From Polyangiaceae bacterium (GTDB taxonomy: Bacteria > Myxococcota_A > Polyangia > Polyangiales > Polyangiaceae), in contig CBDCTZ010000005.1 in assembly GCA_965222375.1 (NCBI GenBank), positions 96,001 to 160,000 on the forward strand: a stretch of DNA of 64,000 bases, in the 5' to 3' direction. A model generated the notes under the pieces. That model was not told where the DNA came from and searched no databases. It saw only the letters and a program-made list of their open reading frames with translations. Every line of letters begins with the position of its first letter. Positions within the stretch are counted from its first letter, which is position 1. Below, in pieces: positions 1 to 9,921 of the stretch. The position numbers and the translations under genes are program-made.

Positions 1-2012
1 TCAAGAGCATGGTAGCCGCCCGGGTGCCGGCGGAAGAGCTAGGCGCGTTTCTGGCAAAAACCTACTTCGTGCTCAACGTGCTGTCGCTCTTGGCCCAACT
101 TGCGTTGGTGCAAAGCGCCGTACGCATGCTCGGTGTGACCGGCGCGCTGATACTGCTGCCTCTTGGGCTCCTCGGCGGAGGTGTGGGGCTGTTCGTGACC
201 GCCGGGCTGCTATCCGCCCTCGCCCTCAAGGGCTTGGACGGTAGCCTACGCTACTCGCTGCATCGAACCACCGTCGAGTTGCTCTACGTGCCTATGTCGG
301 ATCGAGCTCGAACCCGTTCCAAGACGACGATCGACGTCGTAGTGCAGCGCGGCGCGCAGGCCGTGGGATCTCTGGGCATCCTGCTCGCACTTTGGGCAGG
401 CGCTTCGCCCGGAATTTTCGGGATCGCAATCGTCGTACTGTGCGTGCTTTGGCTCGGCGTGGCCGTCAGCATGCGGAGCCACTACTTCGACCTGTTCCGG
501 CAGACCCTGAAGGAATCGGCAGCCCAGCCCAAGGTGGCATTCCCGGAATTGGACCTCTCTTCGCTGGAGTCCATCATCGCCACGTTGAACAGCCGAAACG
601 ATCTCGAGGTCGTTGCAGCGCTGAATTACCTCCGGGATGAGGGTCGCGCGCGCCTGATTCCTGCTCTGATCCTGTACCACCCATCCCCGGAGGTCGTGGT
701 GCACGCGTTGAGCATCCTGGTCGAATCCAAGCGAGACGACTTCTTGGTCATCGCCGAGCGTTTGGTCGAACGCGAAGACGTTACCATCCGAACCGCTGCG
801 CTGCGAGCGATTGCGGCATGCCGCCCCGAACGGGAGCAACTCGAGCGCTTCGCGATAAACGAGTGCAAGGCCATCTCGGTGACGGCTCAAGTGGGCTTGG
901 TGGGTGCCGGTTGGATGAGTCAGAACGACGGGTTGGAACGCTTTGACGCCATCATCGACGAGGCGAACCCCGTTGCCATGGCGGCCCTCGCAGAAGCCAT
1001 CGCGGCAAGACCCTCCGTGTACTTCGAGGACGTGCTGATTCGCCTCGGCAAGGCTGAAGACAACGGCGTCAAGTTGGCGGCGCTGCGGGCGATGGCGCGA
1101 GCCCCGAGCGCACGCTACCTCTCCATCCTCCCGCACATGCTGCCCGTGCGGGAGCTCCGTGGCGAGGCGCGCACCACGCTGTTGGCTATGGGCGACACCG
1201 CCCTGTCCTATCTGGGCGGCGCCCTCGCGGACGAAGGCCGCAGTCTCGCGGTTCGTCGCCACTTGCCCAGGACCATCATGCGATTCGAGGCGAGCAAAGC
1301 CGCGCCCGTGTTGCTGGAGCAGGTTGCTGTCGAAGGCGACGGGGTCGTGCGCTACAAGATCCTGCGCGCCTTGGGCAAACTGCGGGTTGAGCACCCAGAC
1401 CTCACCCTCGACGGCGACGCCCTTCACGATCTGATTGGACGCACGATTTCCCGCACCTATGAGCTCGTTGAATGGCGCGCCGCACTGGAACGAGGCGCGG
1501 AGGCGTCGCCGGAGCGGAAAACCGACGCTCAGGGGCTGTTGCGGCAGCTTTTGCTCGACAAGGAGACCAACGGCATCGAGCGATTGTTTCGGCTATTGGG
1601 CTTGGCCTACAGCGGCGAAAACCTCGAGACGCTTTACCGCGGCCTGCGTAGCCCGCGCCCAGACGTGCAAGCGTCGAGCCGGGAACTGATCGAGAAATTG
1701 CTCAGTGGCAGCCTTCGGGAAGCCGTTTTGGGCTTGATGGACACCGCGCCAGCCGACGTCAGGCTGCGCTCGGCGGGTCCCTATCACAGCCCGACCGAGA
1801 AGAGTTACGAACTCGTGGTTCAAGATCTGGTCAGCGTGTCGAGTGAGTCGGTTCGAAGCCTCGCCATGTACCACGCTGCGGAACTCGGGTTGAGTCGGCT
1901 GCAGGCACACATCGAGGCCCTCGCTGGCGATGACACGCCTGCGGCGAGCCGCAGAATCGCGGAGCGCGCCTTGGAGATCCTGGAGCGTAGTCCCAAGTTG
2001 GTGGAAGCATGA
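1..2012 (+). CDS. Nucleotide-transporter-like (Npt/NTT, MFS) membrane protein fused to HEAT repeats; 5' end lies outside the window
   Basis: Frame is open from the window edge. Hydrophobic helices carry the NTT-like motif 'DGSLRYSLHRTTVELLYVPM...RTRSKTTIDVVVQRGA', followed by helical HEAT-like repeats (e.g. 'VRYKILRALGKL'). Confidence 0.8.
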   Translation, partial: KSMVAARVPAEELGAFLAKTYFVLNVLSLLAQLALVQSAVRMLGVTGALILLPLGLLGGGVGLFVTAGLLSALALKGLDGSLRYSLHRTTVELLYVPMSDRARTRSKTTIDVVVQRGAQAVGSLGILLALWAGASPGIFGIAIVVLCVLWLGVAVSMRSHYFDLFRQTLKESAAQPKVAFPELDLSSLESIIATLNSRNDLEVVAALNYLRDEGRARLIPALILYHPSPEVVVHALSILVESKRDDFLVIAERLVEREDVTIRTAALRAIAACRPEREQLERFAINECKAISVTAQVGLVGAGWMSQNDGLERFDAIIDEANPVAMAALAEAIAARPSVYFEDVLIRLGKAEDNGVKLAALRAMARAPSARYLSILPHMLPVRELRGEARTTLLAMGDTALSYLGGALADEGRSLAVRRHLPRTIMRFEASKAAPVLLEQVAVEGDGVVRYKILRALGKLRVEHPDLTLDGDALHDLIGRTISRTYELVEWRAALERGAEASPERKTDAQGLLRQLLLDKETNGIERLFRLLGLAYSGENLETLYRGLRSPRPDVQASSRELIEKLLSGSLREAVLGLMDTAPADVRLRSAGPYHSPTEKSYELVVQDLVSVSSESVRSLAMYHAAELGLSRLQAHIEALAGDDTPAASRRIAERALEILERSPKLVEA

Positions 2013-2974
2013 CCATGGACGCCCGCTATGTCGGCCCCGTCGAGAGGTTGATCTACCTTCGCACGCTACCGACTTTCAACTTACTGCCACCGGGCGAGTT
2101 GGCGCAGATGGCTCACAACACCCGCGAACGCTTCTTCAAGAAGAGCTCACGCCTGATCGAAGAAGGGCGGGAGGCGGGTCACGTCTTCTTCATCGTGGAG
2201 GGCGTCGTTTCGACGCGGCGCGAGGGACGGATCATGCAATTGATCGAGCCTCCCTTCGCCGTGGGCTTCCTGCCGGTGCTGTCCCATGACCCCAACGGCA
2301 TCGAAGCGCGGGCGGAGACCGATGTCGTGGCCTTGGAGCTGAGCGCCGACGATCTCATGGACGCCATGGAAGACAACTTTCTCCTCGTGGAGCGGGGGAT
2401 TCGTCAGATGTCCAAACAGCTCGCAGAGCAGCAGCAACGCCTCGAATCCCGGGGGCTGCTGGACCGCTCCGAGCCCACGCCCGGCCCGGCTGTGGACCAC
2501 CCTCTAGACCTCGTGCAGCGCTTGGTGCTGCTGCGGCGTAGCGGCCCCTTCAAGGACACCAGCCTCGATCCTCTCTCCGAACTCGCCCGGCGCAACATCG
2601 AGGTGCGCTACGAACCCGGCGCCGTACTGTGGCGGGCAGGAGATCCTTCCACATGGGGATTGCACATCGTGCACGGAATCGTTCGCTGCGAAGCACCCGA
2701 CGGGACACGGAGTTTTCGCATGGGTTACGACTCGGTGCTCGGCTATTCTGAGGCCTACGGGCGCGCGCCCCGGAGCTACGACGCCATCGCAGAAACCCAA
2801 GTGGTCGGGCTGCGCGGAGACGCCGATATCTTCTTCGACATTCTGGAAGACAACTTCGATGTTGGAATGACTTTTCTCAGCTTTCTGGCGACCATCCTGA
2901 CTGAGCTGTACGAACAGGTCGCGGCAGCCGACGCCGCGAGCATGGAAGCGGCGCAGGCGGTACCCGGTTCCTGA
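2009..2974 (+). CDS. Protein with two cyclic-nucleotide-binding (cNMP/Crp-like) domains
   Basis: 'ERLIYLRTLPTF..L', 'LIEEGREAGHVFFIVEGVV' and second copy 'LWRAGDPSTWGLHIVHGIV...PRSYDAIAET'. ATGA overlap with the upstream stop. No HTH tail evident. Confidence 0.85.
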   Translation: MTMDARYVGPVERLIYLRTLPTFNLLPPGELAQMAHNTRERFFKKSSRLIEEGREAGHVFFIVEGVVSTRREGRIMQLIEPPFAVGFLPVLSHDPNGIEARAETDVVALELSADDLMDAMEDNFLLVERGIRQMSKQLAEQQQRLESRGLLDRSEPTPGPAVDHPLDLVQRLVLLRRSGPFKDTSLDPLSELARRNIEVRYEPGAVLWRAGDPSTWGLHIVHGIVRCEAPDGTRSFRMGYDSVLGYSEAYGRAPRSYDAIAETQVVGLRGDADIFFDILEDNFDVGMTFLSFLATILTELYEQVAAADAASMEAAQAVPGS

Positions 2975-2979
2975 GCGCC

Positions 2980-4574
2980 TCAGTCGAAGCGCCGAAAGCC
3001 GCCCTTGCCCTTGGGGCGGCTGACCGTGACCCGGGAGCTTCCGCGCTTCGAATCGGCCTTGCTCAGAGAAACTCGCAAGCGCTGATTGACGTCGGGGGTG
3101 ACCCGCTCGACCGCCTCGGTATGGTCCGCCAGGCGAATGGCAACGTCAATGGGCTTGGACCCCTTCTCGACTCTGAGTTGGAACGGCGTCTTGCCCTGTT
3201 CCTTCTCGAAGACCCAGACCGACGCTCCACTGGGCTTGCTATCCACACCAATGGTCACAAACACCTTTGGCGGGGGGGTTGCGAGAGCTGAGACAGCTTT
3301 TGCGGGATTGCGATTCAAACTCGCAAGCAGGGGCGGAGGCGGCTGCGGGGTGCGCGTTGCCAGAAGGCCGATGCCGACCAGCACCGCAACAACCAAAGCG
3401 GCCGCTCCAACCAGCAACCATCGGCCTGACGATTTGTGTCTCCCCGCATGGGGTCCGTACTTCCGGAGACAGATCCGAAACTGAACCCACTCTCGTTTTG
3501 AGATTGCGCGGACGACGCAGCGCCGGGGCCGACTTCTGGCAACTCGACGCCACTATCAGTCTCAGCCGCGGGGACTTCTGTAAGGCGCGCGCCTGCGCGC
3601 AGCCTGGCGAGCATTTCGCCTTTTGCCGCGATGCGATCCGGAAACAGCTCCTGCATCATCGACGCGAGCGCTTCCTCGGGCGCCAACGGTGCCTCCATCG
3701 CGCGCATTGCCCCAAGCAGCGCTCGTCGCATGTCGGCGGCCGTTTGGTAGCGCTCGTCTGGGTTGCGAGTCAATGCCTTCATCACCACAGCTGCCAGCGC
3801 CGGTGGGTATCCCGGCACCTTGTCCGAAGGCTTGGGGATCGGATCTCGGCAAACCGCATCCAGCACCGCGAGCTTGCTCCTGCGCTTGAACAGTCGAGTG
3901 CGGGTAGACAGTTCGTACAACACGACCCCAAGAGCAAACACATCGCTGCGACGATCAATGGGTTTGCCTCGGCATTGCTCCGGTGACATGTACTCAAATT
4001 TGCCCTTTAGCTGCCCTGCCTCGGTCTGTGTGATCCGATCCGCAGCCTTGGCGATGCCGAAATCCAGCACTTTGACGCCACCTGAATAGGTCACGAAGAT
4101 GTTCTGCGGAGAAACGTCGCGATGGACGAGATTCAAAGACGCTCCGTCCGGGTCCACCAACTCATGGGCAGCGTGGAGCCCGGCACAGGCCTCGGCCATG
4201 ACGAATGCGATCAGGGCGAAGTCCGTGGGGCGCTTGTGCGCAATGCCGCGACGCACGACTCCGGCCGAGTTCTCGCCCTCCAGGTACTCCATGACCAGAA
4301 AGAGGTTCTCGTCCTCCTCGCCAAGTTCCTGCACCTGGACCACATTCGGGTGCCGGATTCGAGCCGCTAACCTCGCTTCGTCCAAGAACATGGTGACGAA
4401 ACTCGGCTCCTCGGCCAGGTGAGGCAGGATGCGCTTGACGACCACCGGACGCTCGAATCCGCTCGGCCCCACGAGACGCCCGAGCAGGATCTCGGCCATG
4501 CCGCCCATGGCTAGGCGCCCGGCTATTTCATACCGACCGACGGTTTCGGTCGCCTTGGATTCCGCGCCAGCCAT
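2980..4574 (-). pseudogene. Ser/Thr protein kinase with TM helix and PEGA domain, split by an apparent -1 frameshift (real lesion or sequencing indel)
   Basis: ORF 3315..4574 has an intact kinase domain (GGMAEI, HRDVSPQN, DFG, GKFEYMSPEQ). ORF 2980..3417 encodes TM + PEGA ('VDSKPSGASVWV...GKTP') in another frame that is open up to 3552. One extra base in the CCCC (3442-3445) or GGGG (3450-3453) run fuses them. Confidence 0.8.
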
Positions 4575-4603
4575 TTTCCCTGATAAGGTACAAGGCTAGC
4601 GCA

Positions 4604-5374
4604 ATGCCAGCAGGGCGAACAACCATTCTAACCCTCCTTATTTGCTTGGTTTTCTCACTCGTCGCCACGGCCCCAGGGGTCGCGCTGGCCGACAAGAGCC
4701 CCAAAGCAGAGGCTCTGGAGCTCTTCGAGGAAAGTGCCAAGCGGTATCAGGCCGGCAAGTTCGACGAAGCGGCGGAGCTCCTGGAGAAGGCGTACGCCCT
4801 GCACCAAGAGCCCGTGCTCCTCTACAACCTCGCCCGGGCCTACGACGGCCTGGGCGAGTACCAAAAAGCGATCGACGCCTACGAAAAGTATCTCTCGCAG
4901 TCACCGAAAGCCAAAGACCGGGGAGCGTTGGAGCGTCGGATCCAAACCATGAAGGACGATCTGGCCCGGCGAAAGACATTGGAGGAGCGCGAAAAGCGGC
5001 TGGAGGAGAAGAAGGAAGCGCCGCCCCCACCCAAAGACGAGCCCAAACCCGCACCCAGTTCCGGCGCGGGCCCCTGGCCTTGGGTCGTGACGGGCGTGGG
5101 CGTAGCCGCCCTGGGCGCTGGCGCCGTATTCGGACTTCAGGCAAATGGCAAGCGCACGGACGCTGAAGACGAACCAGTGCAACGCAACGCCGCGGAGACC
5201 TTCCGCGACGCAGAAAGCCTTGCCTCCACCGCAAACGTCTTCTTCATCGCCGGTGCAGTGATTACCGCGGGCGGCGTTACCTGGCTCATCTTGGACCAGC
5301 AGCGTCGCAAAGAAAGTGGCAGACTCAAGCTGCATCTGACGCCGCGATCGGTCACTCTGAGTGGTCACCTCTAA
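4604..5374 (+). CDS. Secreted TPR protein with C-terminal Gly-rich hydrophobic helices
   Basis: Signal peptide (..GVALA-D), TPRs ('YQAGKFDEAAELLEKAY', 'LLYNLARAYDGLGEYQKAIDAYEKYL'), Pro-rich linker, two hydrophobic segments. Confidence 0.85.
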   Translation: MPAGRTTILTLLICLVFSLVATAPGVALADKSPKAEALELFEESAKRYQAGKFDEAAELLEKAYALHQEPVLLYNLARAYDGLGEYQKAIDAYEKYLSQSPKAKDRGALERRIQTMKDDLARRKTLEEREKRLEEKKEAPPPPKDEPKPAPSSGAGPWPWVVTGVGVAALGAGAVFGLQANGKRTDAEDEPVQRNAAETFRDAESLASTANVFFIAGAVITAGGVTWLILDQQRRKESGRLKLHLTPRSVTLSGHL

Positions 5375-6331
5375 ATGCGCTCTCAGTCCACGTTGCTCGT
5401 CCTTCTTCTCGCGGTCCTCGCCCCGCCAGCGTGTAGCGTGGACCCGGTCGACCTGAGCGGAAAGCGCTGCCCCTGCGAAGAACCCTTCGTCTGCGACGAC
5501 AACACCGATGTGTGCATTTCCCCAGATCAGGATGCGAGCGTCGGGGGTGGTGCGGGCTCCTCGGGCGCGTCCGGGTCCGGCGGCGCGTCGGGAGCATCTG
5601 GGAGCGGCGGCATTTCAGGGACTGGCGGGACGGGTCTTGGAGGTTTTGGTGGCACCGCCGCCACGGGCGGTGGCGGCGGCTGCCTCTCGACGCAGAAGCT
5701 CTGTGGGGGCAAGTGTGTCAGCAAAAGCAGTTCGCTGTACGGCTGCACCTCAACCGGGTGCACGCCGTGCGGGACCTTTCAAAACGCGACTGCGGTGTGC
5801 AAGTCCAGCGCCTGCTCGCCGTCGTGCAAGTCGGGCTTTGGTGACTGCGACAAGATCACTAGCAACGGCTGCGAGCGCACGGTATCCGACTCAGCCAACT
5901 GTGGCGCCTGCGGGAAGACATGCTCAACAGCAAACGCCTCGACAACTCAATGTGTAAGCGCGAAGTGCGCCCCCGTATGCAATGCCGGATTCGGCAATTG
6001 CACAACGCCGTCGAGTACGCTTCCCGACAACGGCTGTGAGACCAATCTCAACACCTCCAAGAGCCACTGCGGAGGCTGCGGCGATTCCTGCACCGCAGGC
6101 CTCACCTGCGCCGATGGGCGCTGCGGCTGTAGCACGTCGACCCAGTGTGAGGGGTTCACGGGCGTCCAGAACGCCGTGTGCAACCCCACGAGTCGCTTGT
6201 GCAGCTGCGAAGGGAAGCTCTGTGTTCAGGGCGAAGTCTGCATCAAAGACACCGGGACAAACCGGTGTTCTTGTGGGTTGGGAGCGGCCTGCACCCCCGG
6301 TCAGACCTGCATCGACGGCAAGTGCGTCTAA
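5375..6331 (+). CDS. Cys-rich lipoprotein (myxobacterial Cys-rich/Stig1-like repeats)
   Basis: Lipobox-like 'PPAC', Gly/Ser linker, repeats 'GFGDCD..NGCE...NCGACG..C'. Starts immediately after the upstream stop. Confidence 0.8.
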   Translation: MRSQSTLLVLLLAVLAPPACSVDPVDLSGKRCPCEEPFVCDDNTDVCISPDQDASVGGGAGSSGASGSGGASGASGSGGISGTGGTGLGGFGGTAATGGGGGCLSTQKLCGGKCVSKSSSLYGCTSTGCTPCGTFQNATAVCKSSACSPSCKSGFGDCDKITSNGCERTVSDSANCGACGKTCSTANASTTQCVSAKCAPVCNAGFGNCTTPSSTLPDNGCETNLNTSKSHCGGCGDSCTAGLTCADGRCGCSTSTQCEGFTGVQNAVCNPTSRLCSCEGKLCVQGEVCIKDTGTNRCSCGLGAACTPGQTCIDGKCV

Positions 6332-6340
6332 GCGCCTCTT

Positions 6341-9307
6341 TCACGGCGCAAACAGGAAGTGTTCCTTGAGTGGAGCTGCCTTGGCAGATGCCTCGACGTC
6401 ATCTATCTCGAAGGCGATGGCGTGGGTTTCGTTCTTGCGCCAGAACTCGGCTTCGTTGGCAAAGTAGGGACTCTTGACGGCCAGCACCGCGCCCCCGGGC
6501 AGTGCGTTCTGGATCTTTGGGCCGTCCTTCGTCATTTCGGCGACGAAACGCTGCACCGGCCCGCTCCCGTAGGCGAAGCTGAGCTTGTCCGACAGCTTGC
6601 GCACGATCGAGAAGTTGGATGCATCGACGGCCCACTGGTCGCCGTGCCGGGGGAAGCCGTTCGGAAAAACAGGATCGTTGACGGTGGGGTTGTCCATGAA
6701 CCAAACGGAAATCAACGAGCGAAACCGGATCCGGTGCAGATCCCCCCAGCGCCAGGTCGACCGGTCCGCGCCGAAGGTCGCGACGAGATCGTCGACTCCA
6801 TCGAGCAGCGCGATCACGATGCGATCGTCCTTCGTTTCTGTCACTCCCGTAGTGCTCATGTCGTCCCACAACGCACTCTCCCCGCTCGCTGCGTCGTAGG
6901 TCGCTAGCTTGGTGGGGTCCGCCTCCAGCATACGAATGAAGCCTCGCAGCATAAAGTTCGTGCCCATGCTACTTTGACCGGCGACAGTCATTTCGTCTTC
7001 CAGGGCGCGACCCACGGCGCGGACAATCCAGGCGTTGAAGATCACGGTCGCCTTGGCATCCGCCGCCTCCGCCGCCGGCACGTTCAAAGAGTTGTCGGAC
7101 AGGTCGATGCCCGCCGCCGCCGAGTATCCAGCAGTACCCCACGCTTTCAGCTCGGCGATGATCTCAGGGATCTTCGCACCCGCATAGCGACTGTCCGCGA
7201 CGACCGCAGCCAGCTTTGGATGGGTGCCAGGCGTCAGACGCTCGGCCTCTGCTCGTTCTAGCGCGCCTATGAAGTGGGTCGCCAGGCGGCTACCCAACGC
7301 GCTTTTGTGATCGGCCTGAATGTCGGCCATGCCCTGGGGCGTCATGCCTTGCGCTTCCGCGGCAAGACGCTCTTCGATGCGCCCGAGGCGGAAGCCCTGC
7401 GCGAATTCGCAACCGATGTGGAACGGTTGCCCATTCGGGAGCTTGTCATTGCTTGGATCGTTGTCGACGGTAGAAGCGACGTTGTCGGTGTTGGCGGTCG
7501 CGATCCAGCCCGAACTCGGAGATGTGATCTTGGGCAGGTATTTCTCCTCCAGCATCTTGCCTGTCCACTCGTGATCACCACTGGCACCATCCAAAACCAT
7601 GCAGGGCAGGCTTCCACTGAAGGTTGCGGGATCCCAAGTGAATGCCTTCTTGTCTCGGTAGGGCAGCGCAGCAGGAGCCGTTAGGGCGATTTGTCCCTTG
7701 GAATCCGCGAGGATCCAGTTCTGCGCCCCCACGCCGAAGTTCGTCAGGCTCGCACGAGCGTCGTCCACGGTCTCGGCGCGCAGCAATCCGAGAATCGCCT
7801 GGATCTCTCGGGTGGGTTTGTGGCCGGTCCAGCCGGCAGTGAGCACGTCGCCTCCGGGCACGATTGGTTCCACCTTGTGATCCTTGATTGTTGGAACGAC
7901 AGGGCCGTGGTGCGGGACGATCAGCACGTCGAAGGTGTAGTCGGCGCTACCGGCAATCTTGATGGTCTCACTGACCTTCTGGAAGGCGACGGGGGCACCC
8001 TTGAGCATGACGCCTGTGCCATCGCCAGAAACCTTCTCTTTCCAGACGTCGGAAACGTCGTAGCCTGCCGTCGTGGCGCCCCAAGCGACGTTGCGATTGG
8101 AACCGAGGATGACTCCGGGGATCCCTGGAAAAGCAACGCCAACGGCCTCCAATGCTTCTCTGGGATCTGAGTTTTCCACGACGATATGACTGGGCCAAAA
8201 CACCATTGGGGAAGTCAGGCCGAGGTGCGGATCGTTTGCGACGATGGCGTTCCCGCTAACAGTCTTGGAGCCCGCAACCGCCCAGTTGTTCGAGCCCGCG
8301 AATTCATCGCCGCCTAAGAAGTCCTTGGTGCGTTGCACCGCATCGAAGAACGGCTTCACGCGCTCGCGCAACGCCTCGGGCAGACGCGGCGACTTGCTCG
8401 CGGCCTTCAAGCCGGGCTTGGGCTTGCGCTGCGCGTCCGGATAGAGCCACTTCGCGCTGGCACTTGGGGTGGCTTCATCGGGATAGCCGACTAGGGGCGT
8501 ATTCGTGACCGGTGGCGCGAAGCGCACCAGATCGATCAGGATGTCCTTGCGCTTGACCACTAGTGGGTCGGCGGACCCCGGGTCAAAAGCCGTACGCACC
8601 GCGTCTAGCCGGGACGTGAGCCCGACTTCGGAGTCTGCGTCGTAGCTCAGGGAGAAGGACTGCAGGCGCCCCATCGCCAGAGTGTCCGCCACGGTCCAAT
8701 CCGTGAAGAACTTCTTGTCCAAACCACCCAGCGCCTGGACGGGTTTCAGTTTGCCTTCCCGCACGCCGCGAAAGTACTGCGTAACGCCATCAGCGAAAGC
8801 GTCCAGGACGCGGCGTTCCACGCTATTCGGGTCGAGGGCGTCGTACATTACTTGGGCAACGCGGTGCATGCCGATCACTCGCATCGTGATGTCGTCATCG
8901 ATCTGGCCAGCGTCCGCCGCCCCATAGATTTCGGCGATCCGTCCCGTAGCCGAGCGGCGAGCGATTTCGAGCTGCCCTCCCCGGTCGACAGCCATCATGT
9001 AGCCCTGCACCCGAAACGCGTCCTCCGCGTTTCGGGCGTAGATGTGCACCATGCCGTGTTCGTCGCGCACCGCGTTCACGGAGTCCTTGAGTCCCGTGAT
9101 CCGTCGCATCTCGGTGACCGGAGTTCGATTCGCCCAAATGCCTGGGTCAGTGCCGGAGTCTGTGGTCACGTCTGCCACCGCGTCCGCTCCGGCGTCGTTA
9201 CCGCCGGGCTGCGCGGTCCCTTCTTCGCCGTCGCCACAAGCGAATGCGATGCCCGCTCCACAGGCAAGGAACAGCCACGGAAGAATCGTTCGAATGCGCA
9301 TAGACAT
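6341..9307 (-). CDS. Penicillin acylase family (Ntn-hydrolase, peptidase S45) lipoprotein
   Basis: 'RDEHGMVHIYA', nucleophile motif 'GSNNWAV', 'ANDPHL', 'WRWGDLH'; lipobox 'AFAC'. Confidence 0.92.
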   Translation of the reverse strand: MSMRIRTILPWLFLACGAGIAFACGDGEEGTAQPGGNDAGADAVADVTTDSGTDPGIWANRTPVTEMRRITGLKDSVNAVRDEHGMVHIYARNAEDAFRVQGYMMAVDRGGQLEIARRSATGRIAEIYGAADAGQIDDDITMRVIGMHRVAQVMYDALDPNSVERRVLDAFADGVTQYFRGVREGKLKPVQALGGLDKKFFTDWTVADTLAMGRLQSFSLSYDADSEVGLTSRLDAVRTAFDPGSADPLVVKRKDILIDLVRFAPPVTNTPLVGYPDEATPSASAKWLYPDAQRKPKPGLKAASKSPRLPEALRERVKPFFDAVQRTKDFLGGDEFAGSNNWAVAGSKTVSGNAIVANDPHLGLTSPMVFWPSHIVVENSDPREALEAVGVAFPGIPGVILGSNRNVAWGATTAGYDVSDVWKEKVSGDGTGVMLKGAPVAFQKVSETIKIAGSADYTFDVLIVPHHGPVVPTIKDHKVEPIVPGGDVLTAGWTGHKPTREIQAILGLLRAETVDDARASLTNFGVGAQNWILADSKGQIALTAPAALPYRDKKAFTWDPATFSGSLPCMVLDGASGDHEWTGKMLEEKYLPKITSPSSGWIATANTDNVASTVDNDPSNDKLPNGQPFHIGCEFAQGFRLGRIEERLAAEAQGMTPQGMADIQADHKSALGSRLATHFIGALERAEAERLTPGTHPKLAAVVADSRYAGAKIPEIIAELKAWGTAGYSAAAGIDLSDNSLNVPAAEAADAKATVIFNAWIVRAVGRALEDEMTVAGQSSMGTNFMLRGFIRMLEADPTKLATYDAASGESALWDDMSTTGVTETKDDRIVIALLDGVDDLVATFGADRSTWRWGDLHRIRFRSLISVWFMDNPTVNDPVFPNGFPRHGDQWAVDASNFSIVRKLSDKLSFAYGSGPVQRFVAEMTKDGPKIQNALPGGAVLAVKSPYFANEAEFWRKNETHAIAFEIDDVEASAKAAPLKEHFLFAP

Positions 9308-9389
9308 GGGCGAAGTTCTTCGTCAAAACCGGGCGCGCGGCAAGTCCGAGGGACTGAATGCGCCGTCCAGGTCGAGTCCCGCTCCTCTT

Positions 9390-9836
9390 TTAGCGAGCTT
9401 CTTCGAGGCCACGCCGCGCCAGAGCATCGGCGCGCTCGTTGTCCGGATGGCCCGCGTGGCCCTTGACCCAGTGCCACTCGACTCGATGGGGCGCCATGGC
9501 ATCCTCCAGCGCTTGCCATAAGTCGACGTTCTTCACGGGCTTCTTCGAGGCAGTCTTCCAACCGCGCTTCTTCCATTGTGGCAACCACTCGGTGATGCCA
9601 CTGCGCAAGTAAACGCTGTCGGTGTACAGTTGGACGCGCATGGGGCGCTTGAGAGCTTCCAGCGCCCGGACGGCAGCCAGCATCTCCATGCGGTTGTTAG
9701 TGGTGTCCGGTTCACCACCGCAGAGCTCTCGCTCCGTTCCACGGTACTTGAGTACCGCGCCCCAGCCACCAGGGCCCGGATTGCCCGAACACGCACCGTC
9801 GGTGAAAATCTCCACCCATGTTGCATTCTCCGCCAC
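9390..9836 (-). CDS. rnhA: Ribonuclease HI
   Basis: '[17 protein letters not shown]', 'TTNNRME', 'VKNVDLWQ', '[18 protein letters not shown]'. Start reassigned to GTG 9836; the longer ORF is antisense to the next gene. Confidence 0.97.
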   Translation of the reverse strand: MAENATWVEIFTDGACSGNPGPGGWGAVLKYRGTERELCGGEPDTTNNRMEMLAAVRALEALKRPMRVQLYTDSVYLRSGITEWLPQWKKRGWKTASKKPVKNVDLWQALEDAMAPHRVEWHWVKGHAGHPDNERADALARRGLEEAR

Positions 9837-9921
9837 GCAGTATTCAAAGTACTGCTCGAGACTGCGCCCGTAAAGCAACCAGACCTCGTCCAACTCAACT
9901 TGAACTGTTACACTCGTCGGT

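Noticed and set aside
5540..5680. Gly/Ser-rich GGC repeats here and in other lipoprotein genes as CRISPR or DNA repeats
   Set aside because: They are degenerate coding linkers with no constant repeat-spacer structure, and no cas genes are present.
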